This document shows positions 9,301 to 17,967 of a stretch of 64,000 nucleotides of DNA, one piece after another. Both the position numbers and the translations under genes were made by a program. Under the pieces are notes generated by a model. It worked only from the letters and a program-made list of their open reading frames with translations. It was not told the DNA's origin and searched no databases. Source of the stretch: Bacteroidales bacterium (lineage in GTDB: Bacteria; Bacteroidota; Bacteroidia; Bacteroidales; WCHB1-69); NCBI GenBank assembly GCA_017650305.1, contig JAGCFD010000035.1, positions 16,683-80,682 on the forward strand. Reading direction: 5' to 3'. Numbering within the stretch: position 1 is the first letter of the stretch; each line of letters opens with the position of its first letter.

Positions 9301-10178
9301 CGGCTTACTATTCTGAGAAACGTAACCAGATTCAGGCATACCGCTTCTCCGGTGCTTATCCGAACACCTATTATTCATATCAGAACATTGACTTCGGTAC
9401 CGTTCAAGGCTTCGTGTTCTCCTACAGAATGAACAGAACCCACAACTTGACCTTCTCTGCCAACTACACCTTGCAGTTCGCAAAAGGTACTGGTTCTGAC
9501 AGCCAATCTCAGTTGAACATCTTGGCCGCCGGCCAGCCTAACTTGAGAACCTTGACCAACCTCTCTCACGACCAGAGACACAGAATCGGTGTCAACCTCG
9601 ACTATCGTTTCTTGAGTGGCCAAGCATACGAAGGACCGAAGAAAGAGAAGACCATCATTCTGGAAGACGGTACTCCTACCACCAAAGAAATTCAATGGTT
9701 AGCTAATACCGGTATCTCCTTGATCTTGACTGCCGCTTCTGGTGAACCTTACACCCGTTCAAGCACTCCTTGGTCCAACATCGTGGGTGGTACTTCATCC
9801 CGTCTTTCCGGTACTATCAACGGTTCTAACAAACCGTGGCAGTTCCAAGCCGACCTCCGTATCGACAAGTCCTTCTCTTTCCTTCTCAACAAGAATGCCA
9901 AGGATGCTGACGGCAACGCCAAGAAGGCCAAACCCGCTGATTTGACCATCTATTTGGATATCACGAACCTCTTTAACTTCAAGAACATTATTTCTGTTTA
10001 TACCTATACCGGCAACCCTGAGGATGATGGTTATCTCTCCGCTACGGAATATCAACAGGCCATCAATTCCCAAGTTTCTGTTGACTCTTACATTTGGTAT
10101 TATCAGATGCGCATGAAGAATCCTTATAACTACAGTCGTCCTATTCACGCTAGTTTGGGTATTATTTTTGGCTTCTAA
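6387..10178 (+). CDS. TonB-dependent receptor-like outer-membrane protein with N-terminal carboxypeptidase-regulatory-like domain
   Basis: Signal peptide; IKGVVKNQNGEPL...SDDKGEY N-domain; plug (VRGNRS...VDGV...GGIPAEYG); NIGLRVDRF, NPNLKPEQSIDYEIG, DITNLFN; C-terminal Phe. Confidence 0.85.
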   Translation: MIKKLLLTLGVILLFSSMAFSQTSTIKGVVKNQNGEPLGYTYVYLKTGDKNVNMAMSDDKGEYQIFGVEVGTYDMLADAQMTCQKAQRISNVQVPSGQVVFMDFVIDCSGELDIVDITWEAPVFDPGSTSSATRITGDNLRTTPGRSVTGALASLEGVTGTDGSMSSVRGNRSTGQKTVVDGVTIRGSSSVAMSTIEEAQLIQGGIPAEYGDGTSFTVITTKSAPREFHGSVELRGSIDGYNNFLGSVSLSGPILKGKKKDDPARIGFLFSGEVSYDHDSRPLRGGYWVANDDVVDYLIQNPLRYSNTEYGVQYQEGCYLTSESFHKERVKKNAGTWDYLGQLKFDFMMGKTHNMKLSLGGSYEYIKGKSWSQTQALFNNSLNPTSTQGTMRVSARLNHRAFTDTSATAVLKNIMYDINVNYTRINGLSYATEHKDRIFEYGYVGKFQTNKARSYSLVDELHLMVDSVETILYDAFEFNGWYDSVVTFAVNPNYNVNPILSQYTLNFVNNFPVEDIYRNFYDGFPYDLTLYQSFGALRNGDQPNGIYSMYQSPGAVYNGYSKSQTEQLGVKASISMALKNHELKFGFDFEKITSRGYGIGPISLWTLMRNEANYHISELDKSNPLIWDNGENFYVDYNRLISLSDQTFFDRNLRQSLGLNPDGDDWLDIDSYDPSVFSVDMFSAEELLLGTSSGESPLVSYYGYDHTGKINHKKTTIDDFFNGIDEKTGQKTYSIGAYEPVYMAFYLQDKFSIRSLLFNIGLRVDRFDANQSVLKDPYLFREAYTVGDLHNLNPNINFVGNAQDDWVVYYQGNDTYMSEADIQGDVFNSSSIIGYRNGDTWYDATGAEVTDPETSLSLYVNGPILKNEIDQINSITKVEASAFKDYKAQWSVMPRISFSFNVNDNSLFYAHYNIITNRPYNLQISPVDYLFISKRNSAGDIITNPNLKPEQSIDYEIGFRQKLGNKSAISIAAYYSEKRNQIQAYRFSGAYPNTYYSYQNIDFGTVQGFVFSYRMNRTHNLTFSANYTLQFAKGTGSDSQSQLNILAAGQPNLRTLTNLSHDQRHRIGVNLDYRFLSGQAYEGPKKEKTIILEDGTPTTKEIQWLANTGISLILTAASGEPYTRSSTPWSNIVGGTSSRLSGTINGSNKPWQFQADLRIDKSFSFLLNKNAKDADGNAKKAKPADLTIYLDITNLFNFKNIISVYTYTGNPEDDGYLSATEYQQAINSQVSVDSYIWYYQMRMKNPYNYSRPIHASLGIIFGF

Positions 10179-10204
10179 TAGTTTTTGATAAAAATATTAT
10201 TACA

Positions 10205-13200
10205 ATGAAAAATATTAATAAAGTTCTTAGTTTGACACTCCTGATGGTTTGTATGGTCTTCGGCACCGTACAGGCTGAAAAATACAAGGGTGTAATCCGG
10301 AAATCTTCCGCACCGAAGGACGAATCAGCCACCTGTCTTCCGGCAAGTAGCTCCAACGAACTTACGGTGAACAACGTACGTGCTTACATTGAGACTGGCG
10401 GTACGATGTGGTTTAAGGAAACCGCTGAATATGAGGTTCCTATCGGATCAGGTATGACCTCCATGTTCTCCGCTGGTTTGTGGATTGGTGGTTATGACGT
10501 CAATGGTCAGTTGAAATTGGCTGCTGTCCGTTTCAGACAGATTGGTGATGACTATTGGCCTGGTCCGTTGAAAATCACGGGTGCAAGTACCACTCAGTCC
10601 GAATGTATCAAATTCGACAAACACTTCAGAATCACCCGTGCTGAGGTTGACCAACACATTAGCGGTTTCAATACCTCCGGTTATGTGATGCCTTCTGACA
10701 TTACGAACTATCCTGCTCACGGCGATGAGGGTTATTCTTACTACTTGGCTCCCTTCAAGGATGTTAATGAGAATGGTGTTTATGATCCTGAAAATGGTGA
10801 CTATCCTTACTATGACATTAACAACGATCTTTGTCCTTGGACAGAAGACAACCTTGCTCGTGCTGCCCAACATGCTCTCCCGAGAACTCCAGAAGACTTG
10901 TTGTATTATGGTCCCGATTGGCAAAACTCCAACGGTATGATCTATGCCGACCACGTCCTTAAAGGCGATGAGACTCTTTATTGGATCTTCAATGATAACG
11001 CTGGTCCTCACACTGAGTCCCAAGGCTCTCCTATCGGTCTTGAAATTCGTGGACAGTGTTTCGGCTTCTCTACCAACGATGACCTTAACAACATGACTTT
11101 CTACTCCTACGAGATCATCAACCGTTCTACTTATACCTTGACCAACACCTTCTTCTCCCAGTGGGTTGACCCCGACTTGGGATATGCAAACGATGACTAT
11201 ATCGGTTGTGATGTGAACCGTGGTCTTGGTTATTGTTATAATGGTTCCAATGTTGATGGTACCGGTCAAATCTGGGCTTACGGTGATCAACCGCCCGCGG
11301 TAGGTGTCGACTTCTTCCAAGGACCCTACATGGATGCTGATAACCGTGATAACCCCAAATTCTATGTCGATAGTGCTCAATTTTCCGGCTATTGCGACAA
11401 ATTCCTCCACAGCCAATATGAAGCTGACCAGATGGCTATCAACGGTGTGAACTTTGGTGATAGTATCATTGATAACGAGCGTTTCGGTATGAGAAGATTC
11501 GTCTATCATGACAACAGAGATGCTTACAATGGCGACCCGAGTGTTGCTTTTGAGTACTACAACTACTTGAGAGGTATTTGGAAAGATAATACCAAGATGC
11601 GTTACGGTGGCAATGCCCACCAGTCTACCGGCGGTAATGGCCCTGAGTGTGACTTCATGTTCCCTGGCCTCTCCGATGTTTGTAACTGGGGTACCCAAGG
11701 TATTGACCCGAACCCGCTGCAGTATGGTCCTGAAGGTTGGACCGAGGCCAGCGCTGGTAACGCTCCTTATGACCGTCGTTTCCTTGAGTCCGCTGGACCT
11801 TTCACCTTGAAACCTGGTGCTGTTAACTATATCACCGTTGGTATTCCATGGGCACGTGCTTCCCAAGGTGGTGCATGGGCTTCTGTTGAGCTCCTCAAGG
11901 TTGCCGACGACAAGTGTCAGTCTCTGTTCGAGAACTGTTTCAAGACTTTGGACGGTCCTGATGCTCCCGATGTCTCCATCCGTGAGTATGAGAATCAACT
12001 TGTACTCCTCCTCTCCAATGACGATCCTAACAGCAACAACTATCACGAGGAATATGTTGAGGTGGATCCTCAAATCCAGAAGACTATCGAAACCACCAAG
12101 CTTGTTGAACACATCGATTCTTTGCACACTTACACTTCAACAGGTGATGATACCATTATCGTTATCCACAATTTTGAGAATGTAACAACTATTGACTCTC
12201 TCAGCCAAGATGATCGTTCCTACAAGTTCGAAGGTTATCAAATTTATCAATTGGCTTCTGCTTCCGTCAGCGTCACCGACCTGAACGATGCCAGTAAGGC
12301 TATCCTCATTGCACAATGCGACGTTACCAATGAGGCTGCCCAATTGGTGAACTGGATTTATAACGATGCTGTTGGAACTTCCGTGGCCACTGAAATGGTG
12401 AATGGTGCCAATAAGGGCATCTCCCACTCCTTCATCGTGACTGAAGATAAGTTCGCTACTGGTACTAACAAGAACCTTGTTAACCATAAAGAATACTACT
12501 TCTTGGTTCTTGCATACGGTTATAACCAATATAAACAATTCTCTTTGGATGCTGATAATCTCGATGGCCAAAAGATCGTTTATCTGGCCGGTCGTAGAAA
12601 TATTAAGACCTATACTGGTATCCCTCACAAACCGGTTGAGCAAATTCTCAATTGTAACTACGGCGATCAGCCTATGATTACACGTATCGAGGGTCAAGGT
12701 AATGGCGGTTTCTTCTTGGATTTGACCGATGAGTCTGTTGAGAAGATTCTGGCTAACAACACCTATAATGATCTCCAGTACAAGAACAACTACGGTCCTC
12801 TGAACATTAAGGTTATCGACCCGCTGAAGGTGAAACCTTACGACTATACTATTAAATTGTTACCGAACGAGACTGCCAATGACGTGAATGACGATACTGA
12901 ATGGCAACTGATCATTTCTGACGAAGTCACGGATGATGAACTTGCTGAATTGGGTCTTCCTCGTGTGACGACGGCGGCTATGCCTATCAGTATGACTAAC
13001 GAAGAGTTGTTCCCTGAATTGGGTATCTCTATTGCTCTTATCAACGACAACTTCAAGATTTATCAAGAAAACCTTGACAAATATGTTCAATCAACAGATG
13101 GTGGTTATTCTTATTCCAATTTGGCTAAATATGGTCAGGTCGATGTGGTTGGTTCTTCTATCGATTATGACGGAGATTATGTATGGCTCTCTGGCCTTGT

Positions 13201-14917
13201 GGATATGGAAGGTGATTATCCTGCCAACTGGATCCACGCCGGTCAGCAGACTGCTACTGCAAAATGGCATGATTGGGGTACAGAAGGTGGTCAGCATGGT
13301 GCCGAATCCAACTACATGGAATGGCGTACTGAAGACTTCTTCTTCGTTATGCCTGCCGGTACTCTGAACGATGATGAGCAAGTTCGTGGTTTCATTGACC
13401 AAAATCAACAATTCGAAGACCTTCTCAGTGGTCTGTGGGCTCCTTACGTGATGTCATCTCCTTACGATGGCGGTCCTAAGGCTAAATACTTGCAGGCTGA
13501 TGTTGAATACAATGATTCCAAAGATGGTCCTGCTAACCCCTATTTCGAGTTCCAGAAGATTGCTGCAGCTCCGTACAATCCTGGTTACAACCAAACTTTG
13601 ACGAACCTCTATTCTGTAGATATCGTTTTCACACCGGATACAACCCTCTGGACAAGAGCACTTGTTCTTGAGTCTGGTAGTGGTGATGCCAATAATGGTT
13701 ACACTGTTGATCAGCATTTCAATGGTCAGACCTTCAAGAATCTGCGTCATGAGCCGAAGAAAGCTCCTTCCGTAGATAAAAATGGTAATCCTGACAACTC
13801 CGGTACTACCGGTTTCGGCTGGTTCCCTGGTTATGCAATCAACGTGGAGACTGGTGAGCGTTTGAATATCATGTTCGCCGAGAACTCTGCTGACGAGTTG
13901 AATAACGGTAACGACATGCTCTTCAACCCGACTAATGTTTATGCTTACTATAAGAACCCGCAAACCGGTGAGTTGATTCTGGACGAAGAGACAGGTGAAC
14001 CTATCCCGATGAGCCAGACTGCTTTCAACAATTACCGCGATGCTTATAGCGTAACGTACGGTGAGCCTCTCAATGGCGGTCGTCACTATGTATATGTCTG
14101 CGGTAGCTCCGGTAATACTTGTAGTATGTACTACAGAAACTCCAACAGACAACGTAACTACAACGATAATGAGACTACGAGCAACTCCAACAGCATGACT
14201 CATGGTGGATCATTCGAATACAATGGTAAATGGTATCCTTGGTATGAATGTGGTCCATACGATAATTGTGAGTGGCTTAATGCTAAGTTCTCCCAGGTTA
14301 CGGCTATTTCCAGTGTGACCAACAATGCTCGTAAACAGCTCAAGATGCAATTGTTCAACAACGTGATGTGGACCAGCATCCCGATGCCGGCCATGAACCA
14401 AGAGGACAACTGGATGGCTTGCGATGCCAAGGTTAAACTGCGTGTTTCTCGTCCGTACTTGAGATACTCTTCTCGTTGGTACAACGATCCCGCTACTGCA
14501 CCGAATGCAAGCGAGAACGCCGGTTATCCTATGTATACGTTCACTACCAAGAATATTGCTCCTGTTAAGTTGGAGACCTCTGAACATTTCGAGACGGCTC
14601 TCGAAGAAATCAACATCGTTCCCAATCCTTACTATGGATTCTCCAATTATGAGTCCACCGCATTGGAAACCTATGTTAGAATCGTGAACCTTCCTGCTAA
14701 ATGTACGATTTCCATCTACACCGTTAACGGTACTCTGATTAGAACTCTTACGAAAGGTGATGCCTCCACTTCATTTGTTCAGTGGGATCTGAAGAACCAC
14801 GCCAACATTCCGATCGCCAGCGGTGTGTATATCATCCACGTCAAGGCTGACGGTATTGGTGAGCGTACGCTCAAGTTCTTCTGCTCTATGCGTCCTACCG
14901 ACTTGAATGGTTTCTAA
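10205..14917 (+). CDS. Large secreted protein with T9SS-type/FlgD-like C-terminal domain
   Basis: Signal peptide; C-terminal INIVPNPYY...CTISIYTVNGTLIRTL...WDLKNHANIPIASGVYIIHVK; Ca-binding-like DVNENGVYD. Confidence 0.8.
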   Translation: MKNINKVLSLTLLMVCMVFGTVQAEKYKGVIRKSSAPKDESATCLPASSSNELTVNNVRAYIETGGTMWFKETAEYEVPIGSGMTSMFSAGLWIGGYDVNGQLKLAAVRFRQIGDDYWPGPLKITGASTTQSECIKFDKHFRITRAEVDQHISGFNTSGYVMPSDITNYPAHGDEGYSYYLAPFKDVNENGVYDPENGDYPYYDINNDLCPWTEDNLARAAQHALPRTPEDLLYYGPDWQNSNGMIYADHVLKGDETLYWIFNDNAGPHTESQGSPIGLEIRGQCFGFSTNDDLNNMTFYSYEIINRSTYTLTNTFFSQWVDPDLGYANDDYIGCDVNRGLGYCYNGSNVDGTGQIWAYGDQPPAVGVDFFQGPYMDADNRDNPKFYVDSAQFSGYCDKFLHSQYEADQMAINGVNFGDSIIDNERFGMRRFVYHDNRDAYNGDPSVAFEYYNYLRGIWKDNTKMRYGGNAHQSTGGNGPECDFMFPGLSDVCNWGTQGIDPNPLQYGPEGWTEASAGNAPYDRRFLESAGPFTLKPGAVNYITVGIPWARASQGGAWASVELLKVADDKCQSLFENCFKTLDGPDAPDVSIREYENQLVLLLSNDDPNSNNYHEEYVEVDPQIQKTIETTKLVEHIDSLHTYTSTGDDTIIVIHNFENVTTIDSLSQDDRSYKFEGYQIYQLASASVSVTDLNDASKAILIAQCDVTNEAAQLVNWIYNDAVGTSVATEMVNGANKGISHSFIVTEDKFATGTNKNLVNHKEYYFLVLAYGYNQYKQFSLDADNLDGQKIVYLAGRRNIKTYTGIPHKPVEQILNCNYGDQPMITRIEGQGNGGFFLDLTDESVEKILANNTYNDLQYKNNYGPLNIKVIDPLKVKPYDYTIKLLPNETANDVNDDTEWQLIISDEVTDDELAELGLPRVTTAAMPISMTNEELFPELGISIALINDNFKIYQENLDKYVQSTDGGYSYSNLAKYGQVDVVGSSIDYDGDYVWLSGLVDMEGDYPANWIHAGQQTATAKWHDWGTEGGQHGAESNYMEWRTEDFFFVMPAGTLNDDEQVRGFIDQNQQFEDLLSGLWAPYVMSSPYDGGPKAKYLQADVEYNDSKDGPANPYFEFQKIAAAPYNPGYNQTLTNLYSVDIVFTPDTTLWTRALVLESGSGDANNGYTVDQHFNGQTFKNLRHEPKKAPSVDKNGNPDNSGTTGFGWFPGYAINVETGERLNIMFAENSADELNNGNDMLFNPTNVYAYYKNPQTGELILDEETGEPIPMSQTAFNNYRDAYSVTYGEPLNGGRHYVYVCGSSGNTCSMYYRNSNRQRNYNDNETTSNSNSMTHGGSFEYNGKWYPWYECGPYDNCEWLNAKFSQVTAISSVTNNARKQLKMQLFNNVMWTSIPMPAMNQEDNWMACDAKVKLRVSRPYLRYSSRWYNDPATAPNASENAGYPMYTFTTKNIAPVKLETSEHFETALEEINIVPNPYYGFSNYESTALETYVRIVNLPAKCTISIYTVNGTLIRTLTKGDASTSFVQWDLKNHANIPIASGVYIIHVKADGIGERTLKFFCSMRPTDLNGF

Positions 14918-14947
14918 AATTATTAATACCGTAAAACTGTCAAGAAT

Positions 14948-16132
14948 ATGAAAAATTTATATAAATCATTAATAATTTGCACATTAGTTGCTCTTATATC
15001 TGTCAGTACGTCTTATAGCGTACTGGCAGGTAATAGAGACCGTTCCGGTCAGGCTGGCGCCTCCCATCTGATGATTGATCCCTGGGCTCACACCAGTGGC
15101 TTCGCAAACGCCGGTGTCGCCGAGATTCGCGGTCTTGAATCTGTATATTCTAATGTGGCCGGTTTATCCTTTGTGAATAAGACGGAGTTTGCTTTCAACC
15201 GTACTCAATATCTCGTTGGCTCCAACTGTGGTATTAATATCAATGCTATTGGTTTTGCCCAGCATATTGGACGTCAGAAAGATTTTGGTACTCTTGGACT
15301 CTCCTTCTTCTCTATGGGTTTTGGTGACATTGATAGAACTACCGTCATGCAGCCTGAAGGCGGTCTGGGTACCTTTAGCCCGACCCTTACCTACATTGGT
15401 TTGCACTATGCCAAGAAGTTCAACCACTTCATTCAGGGTGGTGTTTCTGTCAAGATCATCAATGAGAGTATCTCTGACGCACACGCTATGGGTTTCGCCA
15501 TCGATGCAGGTATTCAATATACCGCCGGTGCATACGATAACTTCAAAATCGGTGTGACCTTGAAGAATATCGGTCTCCCCATGAGTTACAAGGGTGACGG
15601 TCTTGCCGCAAGAGGTCGTATCAACGGTACCTCTTTCGAACAGACTCTCAATGCTCGTTCCGCTGAGTTTGAGATGCCTTCCCTGCTGACCGTGGGTCTG
15701 TCTTATGACTTCCTCTTCTTCGGAGGCGAGTATGCTGAAATGTCCAAGGACGATAGAAAAGAGATGGGTCTTACCAGAGAAGAAGCTATGCACAGAATCA
15801 CCCTGATGGGTGCTTTCACCGCTAACTCTTACTCCCGCGATGTCTTCGCCGTAGGTCTTGAATATGCTTTCATGAACTACTTCATGATTCGCGGTGGCTA
15901 CTCTCTTGAAAGTTTCAGCAAGAAGACCACTACCGACTTCTCCACCAACGAGGTTGTGTCCACCATTCTTGTCAACGGTGACTCCTTCTTCTTGGGACCG
16001 TCTGTAGGTGCAACCGCAGTCATCCCGTTGAAGAAAGGTAACACTGGTGCCAGAATTTATATCGACTATGCTTATCGCTTCACCAGCAAGTGGCGCGGTA
16101 ACCACCTTGTTGGCCTCAAAGTCACATTGTAA
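14948..16132 (+). CDS. PorV/PorQ-family (FadL-like) outer-membrane barrel
   Basis: Signal peptide; GASHLMIDPWA...GFANAGVA...YSNVAGL N-terminal motif; GVSVKIINESI, AIDAGIQY, GVTLKNIG, IDYAY. Confidence 0.8.
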   Translation: MKNLYKSLIICTLVALISVSTSYSVLAGNRDRSGQAGASHLMIDPWAHTSGFANAGVAEIRGLESVYSNVAGLSFVNKTEFAFNRTQYLVGSNCGININAIGFAQHIGRQKDFGTLGLSFFSMGFGDIDRTTVMQPEGGLGTFSPTLTYIGLHYAKKFNHFIQGGVSVKIINESISDAHAMGFAIDAGIQYTAGAYDNFKIGVTLKNIGLPMSYKGDGLAARGRINGTSFEQTLNARSAEFEMPSLLTVGLSYDFLFFGGEYAEMSKDDRKEMGLTREEAMHRITLMGAFTANSYSRDVFAVGLEYAFMNYFMIRGGYSLESFSKKTTTDFSTNEVVSTILVNGDSFFLGPSVGATAVIPLKKGNTGARIYIDYAYRFTSKWRGNHLVGLKVTL

Positions 16133-16155
16133 AACCAATTATTCTTTATAAAAAA

Positions 16156-16185
16156 AAAGAAGAGGCTGTAAAAGGCCTCTTCTTT
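16156..16185 (+). terminator. Intrinsic terminator after TBDR/T9SS/PorV operon
   Basis: AAAGAAGAGGC-tgtaaaag-GCCTCTTCTTT perfect 11-bp stem, preceded by an A-run. Confidence 0.75.
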
Positions 16186-16205
16186 GTGTAATATTAATTC
16201 AAAAA

Positions 16206-16679
16206 ATGGAAGACATTAAGTACTATACACAAGAAGGATTAGATGCTTTGAAGCAAGAACTTGTTCAACTGGAAGCTGTGGAAAGACCCAAGATCTCACA
16301 GGCTATCGCTGATGCCCGCGACAAAGGCGACCTTTCGGAGAATGCGGAGTATGACGCCGCCAAAGAGGCTCAAGGACTCTTGGAACTCAAAATAGCCAAC
16401 CTTAGAAACCTTATTGCCAAAGCACGTATTATTGATGAGTCTAAAATAGATATAAGTAAAGTGCTGATTTATTCTATTGTGACCGTTAAGAATGTCAAAA
16501 CCCAAGCCCAGATGACCTATACGATCGTTCCCGAGTCTGAGTCGGATCTGAAGGCTGGCAAAATCTCTGTTTCCAGTCCTTTGGCAAAGGCCCTCATCGG
16601 CAATTCAAAAGGCGATGTGGTGACCATGCAGGCTCCTGCTGGCGCTATGGACTTTGAGATTCTCGATGTTTCACGCTAA
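16206..16679 (+). CDS. greA: Transcription elongation factor GreA
   Basis: ARDKGDLSENAEYDAAKEAQ, ISVSSPLAKALIG. Confidence 0.95.
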   Translation: MEDIKYYTQEGLDALKQELVQLEAVERPKISQAIADARDKGDLSENAEYDAAKEAQGLLELKIANLRNLIAKARIIDESKIDISKVLIYSIVTVKNVKTQAQMTYTIVPESESDLKAGKISVSSPLAKALIGNSKGDVVTMQAPAGAMDFEILDVSR

Positions 16680-16691
16680 TTGCTTTGAAAG

Positions 16692-17090
16692 ATGGAAGAA
16701 ACTATTTTTACCAAGATTGTTAAAGGGGAAATCCCTTGCTATAAGATTGCCGAAGATGAGAATTTCTTCGCTTTTCTCGATATTTCTCCATTGGCAAAAG
16801 GCCATACCTTGGTGATTACCAAATTACAAAATGACTATATTTTTGACCTTCCCGATGAGTTGTTGGGAAAGATGATGATTTTTGCCAAAAAGGTGGCCTT
16901 AGGTGTTCAGAAAGCGATGCCATGCAAGCGTATTGGAGTGGCAGTTATCGGCATTGACGTGCCACATACCCATATTCACCTGGTTCCTATTAACGGGGTG
17001 GGTGATTTGGATTTTAAGGGCGAACGAGTCAAACTCACACCCGAAGAATTTACGGAGATTGCACAAAAAATCTCTGCATCCATTGAATAA
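16692..17090 (+). CDS. HIT family hydrolase
   Basis: TIFTKIVKGEIPC, GHTLV, VPHTHIHLVP histidine triad. Confidence 0.92.
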   Translation: MEETIFTKIVKGEIPCYKIAEDENFFAFLDISPLAKGHTLVITKLQNDYIFDLPDELLGKMMIFAKKVALGVQKAMPCKRIGVAVIGIDVPHTHIHLVPINGVGDLDFKGERVKLTPEEFTEIAQKISASIE

Positions 17091-17109
17091 TTTTTAATCA
17101 AATATTGTT

Positions 17110-17952
17110 ATGGAAATTAAAGACCTACAGTCAATTGCCTCCCAAGTTAGAAGAGATGTCATCCGGATGGTTCATGGTGCTCAATCAGGTCATCCAGGAG
17201 GTTCCTTGGGTTGTGCTGATTTTATGACCGCGCTCTATTTTGAGATAATGAACATTCAGCCAGACGCTTTTACGAAAGAGGGCGTTGGCGAGGATATGTT
17301 CTTTTTATCCAACGGTCATATCTCTCCAGTCCTTTACAGTGTTATGGCACGCCGTGGCTTTTTCCCTGTTGCAGAATTAGCCACTTTCCGCAAACTCCAT
17401 ACGCGTTTGCAGGGTCATCCCACACCCGTGGAGGGCCTGCCCGGTGTCCGCGTGGCATCTGGCTCCCTGGGCCAAGGAGTCTCAGTGGCTATCGGTGCCG
17501 CCCTGGCCAAGAAAGCTAACCAGGACCCGAATCTTGTGTTCGCCCTCACTGGCGATGGCGAACTTGAGGAAGGTCAAGTCTGGGAAGCCTTCATGTTTGC
17601 ACCCAACAACAAGGTTGACAATCTGATCGTCACCATCGACTACAACGGAAAGCAGATTGACGGACCTGTTGACGAGGTCAATAGTCTCGGCAATCTCCGC
17701 GCCAAGTTAGAGGCTTTCAACTGGCTTGTCCTCGAGATGAATGGCAATGACATGAAGGCGTGTGTGATGACACTCAATCTTGCCAAGAAGCTTTCTCGTA
17801 ATGGAAAACCTATCGCTATCATCATGAAGACTGAAATGGGTATGGGTGTGGATTTCATGATGGGAACGCACAAATGGCACGGCTCTGCGCCTAATGATGA
17901 ACAGGCCGAAGCTGCTCTGGCCCAACTGCCCGAGACGCTTGGCGATTACTAA
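17110..17952 (+). CDS. Transketolase, N-terminal (TPP-binding) subunit of split enzyme
   Basis: SGHPGGSLG, LSNGH, LQGHP, GSLGQG, GDGELEEGQVWEA. Confidence 0.9.
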   Translation: MEIKDLQSIASQVRRDVIRMVHGAQSGHPGGSLGCADFMTALYFEIMNIQPDAFTKEGVGEDMFFLSNGHISPVLYSVMARRGFFPVAELATFRKLHTRLQGHPTPVEGLPGVRVASGSLGQGVSVAIGAALAKKANQDPNLVFALTGDGELEEGQVWEAFMFAPNNKVDNLIVTIDYNGKQIDGPVDEVNSLGNLRAKLEAFNWLVLEMNGNDMKACVMTLNLAKKLSRNGKPIAIIMKTEMGMGVDFMMGTHKWHGSAPNDEQAEAALAQLPETLGDY

Positions 17953-17967
17953 TAGTTTGCCGCTATT

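Noticed and set aside
6825-16138. Many long antisense ORFs (417, 343, 559, 324 aa and others) over the TBDR/cargo/PorV operon
   Set aside because: Explained by avoidance of TTA/CTA/TCA codons on the sense strand; Val/Ile-rich, motif-free translations
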